This document shows positions 23,046 to 33,517 of a stretch of 64,000 nucleotides of DNA, one piece after another. The notes below the pieces were generated by a model, which saw only the letters and a list, made by a program, of their open reading frames with translations, was not told where the DNA came from and ran no database searches. Positions within the stretch are counted from its first letter, which is position 1, and each line of letters begins with the position of its first letter. The translations under genes and the position numbers were made by a program. The stretch covers positions 186,001 through 250,000 of IMG/VR virus record IMGVR_UViG_3300027963_000035; one strand, written 5' to 3'.

Positions 23046-23699
23046 CTAGTCTAGAATTACCGTCTTATTCTTCAAGTTTTTTTCAATTCTCCTTGAACAA
23101 TATTTTTCTAGACTTAACTTTTGTTTTTTCATTTCTGGAATGATTGTTTGACGAATCCAATTTCTTCTGCTTCCTTTGACAACCTTATTGGTTTCGTCCT
23201 CCACAGTATAGCAATTCCATTTATTCCTGTCAACGTACTCTTGAAAATCTTTTTTCTTACTTAATAGAAAAGGATGGATGATCTTGAATCCATCGAACTC
23301 GCTAATTAATTCAAAAGGATTGTGATTGGGTTGTCCACGAAAACAATTAATTAAATAGCTTTCCACATAATCATTGAGATGATGAGCAGTGATTACATAA
23401 CCTTCGTAATCCACAACCTCTTTATAAAAATTTAAGCGGGCCTCCCTGCAATCTTTTTCTGTTTTTAAATTTTGGCCCTTACCCACAATGCCCTTTAATC
23501 CTAATTTACCACAAAGTTCATGGAACTTATTTTCCATGGCATGGTTCTGTTCTCTTAGATTATGATTAAAGTGCAATGGAGTAATGTTGTATCCCTTGCT
23601 TCTCAACCAAAATAAAGAAGATACGCTATCGACACCCATGCTTACGGCAACATAGCAATGAGTTTCTTTTGAAACAATTTCTTTAATGATCTTGATCAA
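23046..23699 (-). CDS. tilS: tRNA(Ile)-lysidine synthetase (catalytic domain only)
   Basis: PP-loop AVSMGVDS, HFNHNLR, REARL, TAHHLNDYVE, EDETN, RNWIR. Confidence 0.88.
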   Translation of the reverse strand: MIKIIKEIVSKETHCYVAVSMGVDSVSSLFWLRSKGYNITPLHFNHNLREQNHAMENKFHELCGKLGLKGIVGKGQNLKTEKDCREARLNFYKEVVDYEGYVITAHHLNDYVESYLINCFRGQPNHNPFELISEFDGFKIIHPFLLSKKKDFQEYVDRNKWNCYTVEDETNKVVKGSRRNWIRQTIIPEMKKQKLSLEKYCSRRIEKNLKNKTVILD

Positions 23700-25284
23700 G
23701 ACTGAACCTTTTTAAATTTTGGTAACTATTAATTCGCTGCCTACTCTCTTTAATGTCCTGTTCCACTTGCTTCCAGAATTCTTCATCAATGCACTTGGTC
23801 ATAGTTCCCCAAGACACAACCTTATAAATTGTGTTCTTGGTTTCGAATATATTTTTATCTTTATCGAAACCGATTGGGCGACTAGGCATCAATTCCGTTC
23901 CATCCACAACGCCATGAATACGCCAAGTGTCTCCATCTGACCTCATTTGATTGAAATAGCAAGCCTTTTCAATCATCCTGACTGGCTTTTCACTTATCTT
24001 TTCTGTTAGTATATCGTTCATATTCAGGGATGTCTCCATTCTCCTTGATTTTTAGATCTTCATAATCTTCGGCTACTCGTCTATAAAACTCTTGCTTTAT
24101 ATTGTCTAATACACCGGTGATCATGGCGACTTTAGTATAAGAGACATCTCCCATCACATTAGAAACTACTCTAGAGAAACAATAGTTTATATTTCCAAGA
24201 AGTTTTAATACTTCTTCATTAGTTAATGGTTCTTTACTAAATATATTACCATCATCTACGGTTCTTTTCAAGGCCATAACCATAGTGCTGATTGAATTGT
24301 CTAATAGCTTTCTATTTTCTTCTGATATGTAAGGCATCTTTTCCTCAAATTAAAGGTTGGTTCAATTATGCAAAAATAGATGGAGATGTCTTGCTTTTCA
24401 AGAACTCTATTATTTCATCAAAACATTTTTCGCATAGATCAATGTCATATCTGGTTCCATCTTTACCACTAGAATATCCCCAATCTGCACTTAGGGATGC
24501 ACTTTCATAGTTACCCAATTTATCTTTGCATGAGTTCCCACAGATATCGCAAAATGTATCTTCGTGAACTTCAATACTTTTATATTTTTTCATATTCCTA
24601 CCTTTAACTTTATATTAAAAACGTCCCCATTATCTGACGTTGAAACCCTAAATACGGGAAACAGAGGTCAAGGACGTTACCCTTGGCGATCAACTCAAAG
24701 GTGAGTGTTAATTCACTTCTTCCCCAGTATTATAGTCAATAACTGACTTTTTACAAGCCTCTAGCATTTTCTTCAAGTTGTGCTTTAATCCTTCGACATT
24801 ATCTGACACGGGAAGTGATATTTTACCAATGTTTACAATGTCTAGATTTTCATCATGATATACATCATGCACAGTATAAGTAATATCAATTCCTCCCCCA
24901 GGAATCTTGGTTGCTTTTTTAATGACACGGTAATTCCACGACATTATTGTATTCCTTTAAAGTTTGTTTTTTCAATAATGAATACGCAAGAAACTTCATA
25001 TTCTTTTTTGAAATAAGTATTCTTTATCGTGCTCAAGTTTTTGAAACTCTCCCAAGAAAACAATATAGCATAATGGCCAAGGCAAAATATCTTTAACCAT
25101 TTTATAATGATAAAGACAGTCTTTGGTAATTACCATAAAGTGCGGGATTCTGGTCTCTGGTCTGCATCTAACTATAAATCTTGGATTGTTTTTTCTTTCA
25201 GTCCACAATAAAACAAATGCACCAAAAAGACAGTTTCCGTACTTCATATTACTATCTCCATCTTCCTTGATGGATTATACTACA

Positions 25285-25959
25285 TCATCTAGATGATTTC
25301 CACAAATTTGGATCAAATAGTTTCATATTCTCGAAATCTCTATTACATTCTATCAAAATATCTCTTTTTACAAAAAACATATCGAATTGTCTTAATTGTC
25401 CCTCATAGTAAATATTATCCACTATGTCAAACAATTTAAAACCATGTTGTTCTATAAAATTAGAACGTTCCAGAAAATCTCTCGGGTGCATCTCTATCTG
25501 TATAACAGAACAGTATTTTAGAGTTTCAACTGCACCTTTTAATATTTCTAATTCGGCATCATCGACATCTAATTTTAGAAAGTAAGGTTTTTTAAAATCG
25601 GTGTCTTTTAGTACTGAATCTAGCTTTTTAGCCTGCATTACACGAAAATTTTTACAATCTTCTTTTGTTATTCTTGAATGTTTAATTTTTTTATTTTCAT
25701 CAAGACTAATTTTCATTTTCACTTCACAGTCTTCTTCATATAAAGGAAAACTATAAAGTTTGTGTTGAATATCTCTGTATGTATTTTCTATAATTGGCCG
25801 AAATTCTTCTATTGGTTCAAATAAGATGTGAGTTTTATCTGAGAAAAAACTTCTCAAAACAGGAGTGTCAATAAATACTCCCACATCTATTATTGTTTCA
25901 ATAGGAATATTGAATTTTTTTAATAATGAAAAACAATATTTTTGTTGTAAATGTTCCAT
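25285..25959 (-). CDS. FkbM-family methyltransferase
   Basis: IIDVG, FEP, LKLDVDDAELEILKGA. Confidence 0.8.
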   Translation of the reverse strand: MEHLQQKYCFSLLKKFNIPIETIIDVGVFIDTPVLRSFFSDKTHILFEPIEEFRPIIENTYRDIQHKLYSFPLYEEDCEVKMKISLDENKKIKHSRITKEDCKNFRVMQAKKLDSVLKDTDFKKPYFLKLDVDDAELEILKGAVETLKYCSVIQIEMHPRDFLERSNFIEQHGFKLFDIVDNIYYEGQLRQFDMFFVKRDILIECNRDFENMKLFDPNLWKSSR

Positions 25960-26601
25960 GGTCTATGACCTACTGTCGTTTAGGATATTTCCCTTTTTAT
26001 CCTCTTGCCAACAACGATAACCATTCTTGCTGAAATAATTCTTGAGTTTATCCCAAGCACCCTTACTTGATTTTAGACTATAACTAAGTCTGAGAACTCT
26101 CTTTTTATTCTCTTGACCATAATCACAATATGTTGCAACAACCCAATCCCTTGCTGACTTACTGGCTTTAACAGAACTCACAACAAAAAGTCCTTTCTTG
26201 TTTAGTGGTTGATTCAAACAGATTTTGCTATAGATTCAAAATTAACATTATAAAGTGTGCCATCCTTGTTTCTGTATAATAACCTTGGATCTTCTGATCT
26301 GATCCATAAAAATGTATTAGGTAATTGAAAATTTGGATTCGGTGATTCTGAAAAGTTTTCAGATGTTGGCGACTCTGCCAGTCTTATGTCTATGGTTTTA
26401 GATGGTAAGTGTTTTGACCATATCTGAAAACTTCCATCAAATCCAACTTCAATAGGTTTCATTTTTTCCATTAAAAGAGCTTCTTAAAAAGGTGACTGTG
26501 ACTGCTCATGGAGTCTGTGGAAGGAGAAGCGGGAAACGGGCGGGAGAGGGCCAACGGTGGGGAGAGAGAGGCACTAGGGAGAGGGCAGAGGAAAAATAAA
26601 C

Positions 26602-26683
26602 TGGTTGATGCAGGATTCGAACCTGCGAAGCTAATAGCATTTGATTTACAGTCAAACCCCTTTGACCACTCGGGAAATCAACC
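26602..26683 (-). tRNA. tRNA-Tyr(GUA)
   Basis: GGTTGAT/ATCAACC-A acceptor, TTTGA-CTGTAAA-TCAAA anticodon arm, long variable arm, GCAGG-TTCGAAT-CCTGC. Confidence 0.92.
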
Positions 26684-26969
26684 TATATTATTTAAAGTAG
26701 ACTTCAGTAGCAGCACCCAAAGCAATTGATGATCCTGCTACAACACCAAATGTAAGGAGACATTGCCAAACAATTTCTCCTGTCAATCCACCCCAAATAC
26801 CTGCAATTGCAATAACAGCAGAAGATAAAATCAAAAAGCAAAGGGTGGAACCAACGATCTTTTTTATTTTTAGATTGTTGTTGTTATTGACGATTTTTTT
26901 CATGTTTTCCTTTAGTTGAATAAAAATTTAAAACTCTACTATATATATAGTATAAAGAGTTTTAAATTT

Positions 26970-27428
26970 ATGAAATACACATACACACATGAAACTTTAA
27001 AAGAACTTGTTGAAAGTTCAACATCAGTGAGACAAGTTCTTTTTAAATTAAAATTAGTTGCTGCCGGTGGTAATTACGCCACAATAAAAGCATATATTAA
27101 GAAGTTTAATTTAGACACTTCTCACTTTAAGGGTCACGGATGGTCTAAAGGGTTTGTTCTACCACCAAAAAAACCAATTGAATCATATCTTGTTAAAGGA
27201 AGTAACACTCAAAGTTTCAAACTAAAAAAGAAGTTAATTAGAGAAAAAATCTTTGAACATAAATGCATGAATTGCAAGAATACTCATTGGCTTGGGAATT
27301 TAATTCCAATAGAACTTCACCATAAAGATGGAGATTCTTCAAACAATGAGCTTTCTAATTTAGAAATTCTTTGTTACAACTGCCACGGTTTGACACCAAA
27401 CTTTCGTGGTAAAAACAAGAAAAAATAA
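26970..27428 (+). CDS. Free-standing HNH homing endonuclease
   Basis: CMNC...IELHHKDGDSSNNELSNLEILCYNCH; lies between tRNA-Tyr and tRNA-Leu. Confidence 0.88.
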   Translation: MKYTYTHETLKELVESSTSVRQVLFKLKLVAAGGNYATIKAYIKKFNLDTSHFKGHGWSKGFVLPPKKPIESYLVKGSNTQSFKLKKKLIREKIFEHKCMNCKNTHWLGNLIPIELHHKDGDSSNNELSNLEILCYNCHGLTPNFRGKNKKK

Positions 27429-27429
27429 A

Positions 27430-27716
27430 TGCCAAAGGCGGGGGTCGAACCCGCACAGGATGTTATCCCGAGGGATTTTCTTACCACTATAGTTTTCACT
27501 ACCCTTGCGGTTTGTAGTCTGGACTTTACCTTCACCATAACTTCTCAGTTTTAGGTGCTGCCCGTCAAGTCTCTACACCTTCCTGATTTCTCAGGCTTGG
27601 CTCGGTATTAGCAGTTAAGCCTTCACCGAATTTGAGCAGTTCTGCTCTAAAAGTTTCCTTTTAGGCACTCAATTTAATATCAAGTCCCTTGCGTCTGCCT
27701 ATTTCGCCACTTTGGC
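27430..27716 (-). tRNA. tRNA-Leu(UAA) with group I intron
   Basis: GCCAAAG/CTTTGGC-A, AGGGA-CTT^AAAA-TCCCT, long variable arm, GCGGG-TTCGACC-CCCGC. Confidence 0.92.
27480..27681 (-). ncRNA. Group I intron (IC3-like), 202 nt, after U34
   Basis: P/Q/R/S core, P1 ACTT/GAGT with U-G pair, terminal G; same site as cyanobacterial/plastid trnL(UAA) introns. Confidence 0.9.
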
Positions 27717-27775
27717 TTTTTAAAACCAAACCCAAATAAATTTTCAAAGAACAACCAGCAATCGTCACTCCCTCC

Positions 27776-27795
27776 AACCGTACCGGAGGGAAACT
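27776..27795 (-). promoter_or_regulatory. Conserved promoter-like motif (9)
   Basis: aaccgtaccggagggaaact, about 60 nt upstream of tRNA-Leu. Confidence 0.72.
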
Positions 27796-27868
27796 TGGTT
27801 TTTCACTTTAACACACTTTTAAACTTTTTTCAAGTAGAATTTCTAATACTTTTCTGCATAACTATCAT

Positions 27869-29188
27869 TCATTTTACACCTTTAAGGTAATTTTTATATT
27901 CTTCTAAGAAAATCTTTTCTTCATTCTTTGGATTAGAATTAGAGTGGCCTTTTGCTTGAACAACTTTGTTATTTTTAATTTCAATTGTTACTAGTGGTTT
28001 TTGAATTTCAGAGTTTAACCTTAAAAACAAAATAGTAGAATTCTTATTAGCGATATCTTCGTCATAGCTTGCAACGCAATGATTTAGCTTTATTCCTTCT
28101 TGAATTAAATCCTCGTGTTTAACTGGGGCTATTACGCTATACCTTTCATTTTTATATTCATATTTTTTAAAAGTTTTGCAAACTTTAGAGAACCTATTTT
28201 TAAAAGTTCTACTTTTTAAGACCTCATAATTTTTGCTAGTTATATCATGAAGTGTTTTAAGATATCTTGGATACTTATCAAAATCATTTTTCATTTGAAC
28301 GTTCATTTTTGCATAATCATGAAGAATTGATAATGCATCTTCAATATCTTCAATTCCCTGATTAGGCAACCCCCTGCAAATATAATCTGTTAATTTAAAT
28401 TTGTCATAACCCATCTTTATTAAGATATTAAAATATTCATCGTGCATATCTGGAAACCGATTATAGTTGTCAATTGCATACTTTATCACATCTACATTTT
28501 TAACCTCGCACCACCGTTCCAGAGTTGCATAATCGACTAATCTCATATAATCAGCCGGAACACTACTATATTCAGCAACCATTGTATCTAATTTTTCAAT
28601 ATAGTAATCCAAGCTATACTTTTTAAAATCACTTATAGTTTTAATATTATAATCAAAATAGATTTGTGCGAATTCTAGATGGTGGAATTTTTCTTTATTT
28701 TTTTGTAAAAAGTCCCACTTTGCAAATTTTTCAAAATCCCCCATAATCACAGGATTATTTAAAATACTAAAAAGATCGCTCCTATCAGGTACATAGTAAT
28801 CTTCACGGCTGGTGATAATGAAGAATAACTGAATCCATTCTTCTTTGCACAATTTATAAATATCTTTATCTCTCGCCAATCCAGAAAGATTGCCAGATGC
28901 AAATTTTATACATGACTTAGGATTTTTAATAAGAGTATTTGTCTCTGCGTCATAGAACTTATTATCAATCAGAGAATATTTAACATTTGTTTTGTTGCTA
29001 AAATTAAAAATTAAACTTTTCTTGTCCTCAGACTCACTAACACTTTTCAAGTATTGATAGTGCTTAATTTTTGATTCTTTTTTCTTCTTTTCAGCTAAAT
29101 GTATTTGGTTTATAAGTTCTTTGGTTGTGAAACCATTAACTTGTATAGTTGCTGTTTTCTTGCCATTATTAATTTTGATTGTTCTCAT
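27869..29188 (-). CDS. PcfJ-like domain protein
   Basis: C-terminal LKTLHD...DLIQEGIKLNHCVASY...ILFLR...LVTIEI; start moved to ATG 29188 to exclude the array. Confidence 0.78.
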   Translation of the reverse strand: MRTIKINNGKKTATIQVNGFTTKELINQIHLAEKKKKESKIKHYQYLKSVSESEDKKSLIFNFSNKTNVKYSLIDNKFYDAETNTLIKNPKSCIKFASGNLSGLARDKDIYKLCKEEWIQLFFIITSREDYYVPDRSDLFSILNNPVIMGDFEKFAKWDFLQKNKEKFHHLEFAQIYFDYNIKTISDFKKYSLDYYIEKLDTMVAEYSSVPADYMRLVDYATLERWCEVKNVDVIKYAIDNYNRFPDMHDEYFNILIKMGYDKFKLTDYICRGLPNQGIEDIEDALSILHDYAKMNVQMKNDFDKYPRYLKTLHDITSKNYEVLKSRTFKNRFSKVCKTFKKYEYKNERYSVIAPVKHEDLIQEGIKLNHCVASYDEDIANKNSTILFLRLNSEIQKPLVTIEIKNNKVVQAKGHSNSNPKNEEKIFLEEYKNYLKGVK

Positions 29189-29215
29189 TTTACTTGTTAT
29201 GGACACCCTGTTCGT

Positions 29216-29890
29216 TATTAAAATCAGAGGGTTTTGGTTCACTCTCGCACATTGTTAAAATCGCACAGCTAGGTTCACTAAACCATCATGTTAAATCTTC
29301 TTATTTGGTTCACTCTCGCACATTGTTAAAATACCGGCACTAGGTTCACTCTTCACGCATGTAAAATCAGATTTTATGGTTCACTCGACAACTATGTTAA
29401 AATCGAAGGGCTAGGTTCACTCTTCATCTATGTTAAAATCAAGCAGGTTGGTTCACTCAACTACCTTGTTAAAATATCGAATGATGGTTCACTCACCAAA
29501 TTTGTTAAAATTCCCGACTGTGGTTCACTCCAGAGGTCTGTTTAAATCCGGACATATGGTTCACTCGAATGCGGTGTTAAAATCGCCGTTTGTGATTCAC
29601 TCACTATACATGTAAAATCTCTCACATTGGTTCACTTAACTACCTTGTTGAAATCGTCGGGCTTGGTTCGCTCCGGCAGTATGTAAAAATCCAGTCTGAT
29701 GACTCACTCAACGTTCATGTTAAAATCGTTAATAATGGTTCACTTCTCGTCCTTGTTAAAATCAAGCAGGTTGGTTCACTCCGGCAAAATGAAAAAATCT
29801 GGGCTTCTGGTTCACTCATGGACGCATGTTAAAATCAAGGAAACTGGTTCACTCTTGACTTTTGTTAAAATCTCAGCCACTGGTTCACTC
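29216..29890 (-). repeat. TIGR-like dual-repeat guide-RNA array (36-nt period, 19 units)
   Basis: + strand [TGGTTCACTC]-N8-[TGTTAAAATC]-N8; first box at 29235, 29271, 29306, 29342 ... 29845, 29881; spacers variable. Confidence 0.88.
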
Positions 29891-31831
29891 CAGTTAATTT
29901 TCAACTTGTTCAAAACTCTATACCCAGACTTTAACTTATTGATTATCATTTAGTAAAAGTGTGCATTATTATGCACTTTTTCAATTCTTTTTCAATTTCT
30001 TTAACACTCATTTTGAAATAATGGGATGGTATCTGTAAGTAATCTCCTACAATAAATTCAAAAAGCATTAATTTACCTTTTGAATTTTTTAGATAAATTT
30101 CTAGTGGTGAATCGTAACAACCACTATTGATTAATTCAACTGTCACTAGGGGCGTACCATCGGTTTCTAAATTACCCACGTTATCAACAATCATGTGATT
30201 AGGGGTAAAAGGTTTGTGCTTCCATTTTTCACGATTTCCATTTTCATCAACAACGTCAAAACATTCACATATAACTTTTTTTATTTGATCGATTTGCTTT
30301 TTGGAAGATTTAACTATAGGCTGTGGGTCGTACGCATCCTCTCCGAGTAAACTGAAGGCGGTGCATGAATCACACTCGCACATTTCGGTATAATAAATTT
30401 TATTTAATTTCATTTCTTTGTAACTTTTTCGTCCCTATAAATTTTTGTGACTAATAATAAGATTTAAAAATCACACGCCCCGTCCTCTACAGGATCCATG
30501 TATTCCAGCAAGGGAGTTATTCTATCCTCTGCCATTTCCAGTATTACATCTTCGTCAACGTCTTTTCCTATAACTTTCTTACTTACTATATGAAGATTGT
30601 ATATTTCGTAGAAACAATAACCTTCGCCGTTGTATTCATCGGTTTGTACCGTCAAATCCATTTTTATATCAACCTCGACAAACGAATCTAGGCCGATGAG
30701 AAATTGTAAGTGTATAATTTTGCCGCCCGAAACAAAACCATCTAACTTTCTTTGAATTTTTTGTGTTACGCAAGTGTTGAGAACATCCTTAAAATTTGAT
30801 TTCATAATTATCTTTTAGTCTCCTTGTTGGTCTTGTCGCTATTTCGTGGCTAGAAATCTTTTCCTGTAAATTTTTGCTCGTTCGGCGTCTTTGTTTTTGA
30901 GTCCAGTAGGTACAATTAGTCTACCGTGCCATCCTTCTGGAGCCTTTATATTGGCTTCTACGCACAATCTAAGGACTTTCGGTAGGAGATTACACTCCAA
31001 GCCCCGCAGTTCACCATAGGTGAAGGTAAGGAAAAGGGCTTGTTGCATGATTTTGTGGGCTTCGTGGATTGTTACATCTTTATTTGACAATCTACTTGAT
31101 AAGAGATGTTCTATGTTTCTATCGTATTCTTTTACAAACTCGTCGCACGAAAAGATTATTTTTGCTGCTTTTTTCCTAAAAGATGCGGGTCCGTTTTCAA
31201 AGACGTTAGTTGCCCATGCACGGAGTTTGTTTGCGAGTCTAATTGCTGTGTCCATGTTTCTTCTCAATAAACTGCACGTACCTAGACTTTAACTTATCAA
31301 ATAAAACTATAAGGTTTTAATGAATAAAAAGTTAAAACAACTCCAACATTATAAGCAGAACTTGGATCTGTTTTTATAACCTTAAAAACATTATGATCAA
31401 TTAATTTAAGAACATCTTTTGAGGAAAGACAACGCATACAATTTTTTCCATCAAAAATTCCAACATCATTCTGTTCGACTTTATCTATTTCTATTTGGCA
31501 GAGAAAGTATTCTTCTTCATCTTTAGACATATCAACTAAAAATTTTTCATTTATACTGTTTAGGACATCGCCTAAAGTGAAATCTTTAAAAAAATTTAAC
31601 TTTTTATTCATTGTTTACTTACCCGGACATTGACTTAAACAGTTTTTCAATAATCTGTTACTCTGAGCCACTATTATCTAAACTCTGAAAAAGTGCATCA
31701 ACATCTTCAATACTATATGTGTAGTTAAAATGACCATTATCTTTAGCGTGTTTCATATCTTCTACAAGATTTTCCAAAGCATCCAAGATAATTTCCATAT
31801 CATGCTTTTCAATATAGTAATTCATGTTTTT

Positions 31832-32755
31832 CTACTTCTTCAAATACTCATCAATATCCAAAAGATTTGGCTGAATGATATGATGGGTGTGTCCCAAATG
31901 AGCCATGACATAAGGCTTGGGGCAATCAATTCCTTCAACCTTGCACCAAAGTTCATGGACATTACTCAGGAACAACTTAACCACCCAACGCCTTGCCATA
32001 GCATCCACATGACCATCTGGCAGAATTCCACTCTTATACTTAGCGATAACTTCCTTGTTCTTGAAGTTCTTTGAATTCAAGACAGAATCAGCAAGTTCCT
32101 TGAATCCGCCTTCAAGGTTCTTTTTTACAAGAAACTCCTTCTGGGTCTTGTAAAGCTTACCATAGAAGCACTCCTCCTTACCAGAGAACTTCATGAAACT
32201 CTGCCCGACCTTCCAGCACAGGGTTTTAAGGCTGGCGTTCCAGGGACGCTTTTGACCCTTTTCCCACTTACTTGTGGGATCGAGACCAGCATAACGCCAA
32301 ATAGCACCAGCGGTCTTTGCCTTATTGATGTCAATATGAGCAACAAGACCAGCAGTAATCACAGGACCGATTCCGTAAACCTTATCCTTCAAAATCTTTG
32401 CAATCAAAAAACTATCAGTCCAGTGATCCATAGCCCGTTTGATTTGAGTTTCAAGAACTTCTGTTTGATCGTTCAAGAAACTAAAGAGTTCATGAGGCTC
32501 TTTATCCTTGCCAAAAGCGGTGATCTGATTGGTGCTTCGCTTACGATTCTCTTGAATCATATAATAGTAATCAACAATATACCTCACTTCATCCTTGGTG
32601 AGGGTCTTAATCTTATTAGTGAGATCTTTATTGAGCCTAGCAACAGTCCCAAGACTTGTCAGGCTATCTGGCATTAGGCTATCTGCAATCTTCTTGCTTG
32701 AAATGCCCTTGCCGCAAGTGGGACACTTCTTCTTTGTTACACTTTCCTTTGACAT
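31832..32755 (-). CDS. Nop/IS110 C-terminal-domain protein without nuclease domain (TasA-like)
   Basis: Coiled-coil region then VYGIGPVITAGLVAHID...AIWRYAGLDP...WNASLK...HVDAMARRWVVKLFL; no DEDD/RuvC or HNH domain seen. Confidence 0.8.
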   Translation of the reverse strand: MSKESVTKKKCPTCGKGISSKKIADSLMPDSLTSLGTVARLNKDLTNKIKTLTKDEVRYIVDYYYMIQENRKRSTNQITAFGKDKEPHELFSFLNDQTEVLETQIKRAMDHWTDSFLIAKILKDKVYGIGPVITAGLVAHIDINKAKTAGAIWRYAGLDPTSKWEKGQKRPWNASLKTLCWKVGQSFMKFSGKEECFYGKLYKTQKEFLVKKNLEGGFKELADSVLNSKNFKNKEVIAKYKSGILPDGHVDAMARRWVVKLFLSNVHELWCKVEGIDCPKPYVMAHLGHTHHIIQPNLLDIDEYLKK

Positions 32756-33186
32756 ATTATTTTATCTTTCTATGAAATTATGGGGATCACTACTTCTGCA
32801 AAACGTCCCAGCCCCAAGTATCTGTTCGTTCGGCTGGTGCAACCAAAATAACATCGCTATTGTACTTGTTGCCCTTATGGTCTTGTTCACCCTTGGCTAA
32901 AAGAACCATACAACAAATTACATTACCCGACTTGTTAAACCCATACAGGGGGATTCCGCCCTTGTCGATAGGCTCGTACCATCGTTTGCCGGGAGGCACG
33001 TTGAACGTATTGGTTGTAGTGGGCGTCAATACACGTTCAACATTTCCCTGCCAATTAAGACTCAAGCAGCCGTGACACTGCTCAAGAAGATGAACGTCAC
33101 CAACAACTTCCAAATTACCAATCATTACTTGCTTTTTAGTAACTGTTTTCATGTTTTGTTTCTTTTGTTTTATGGAGACTACTCTC

Positions 33187-33206
33187 AACCGTACCGGAAG
33201 GAAACT
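33187..33206 (-). promoter_or_regulatory. Conserved promoter-like motif (10), upstream of the TasA-like gene and array
   Basis: aaccgtaccggaaggaaact. Confidence 0.72.
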
Positions 33207-33517
33207 TGTTTGTTTTATTATTTGTCAGAATCAGTTAGTTCAATATCTGCCTCAACTGAGTCATCCACGGGGTCGATGCTATGAATATCATAATCACAGG
33301 GAAATCCACCGTGACCCTCCATAACCTCTTCCCACTCAAGTTCAATATCATCATCATTAATCATATCGAGATCAAAGTTATCTTTAATATCTTCTACGCT
33401 ATCTGCAATTACCACAATCGTGGCACGTTCCCTAACACTAGGGACTTCACGCTCAATAGTAATTTCAAATTTAGGCATATTAATTATTTAATGGGAGGTT
33501 TGGGAGGTTCGCTACCC

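Noticed and set aside
29837-29845. Spacer aaggaaac(t) matching the promoter motif variant
   Set aside because: The partner spacer does not match the other half of the motif, and a 9-nt match is expected by chance in 64 kb
29216-29890. CRISPR array
   Set aside because: Repeats are two alternating 10-mers with 8-nt spacers, far from CRISPR dimensions, and no cas genes are visible
29430-29953. + strand ORFs with 12-aa LLKS...VHS repeats
   Set aside because: By-products of the 36-nt period; 35/37-nt units shift the frame and conservation is at the nucleotide-box level
31832-32755. Active IS110 transposase or insertion sequence
   Set aside because: No N-terminal DEDD domain or SSG catalytic loop, and it sits inside a phage gene block
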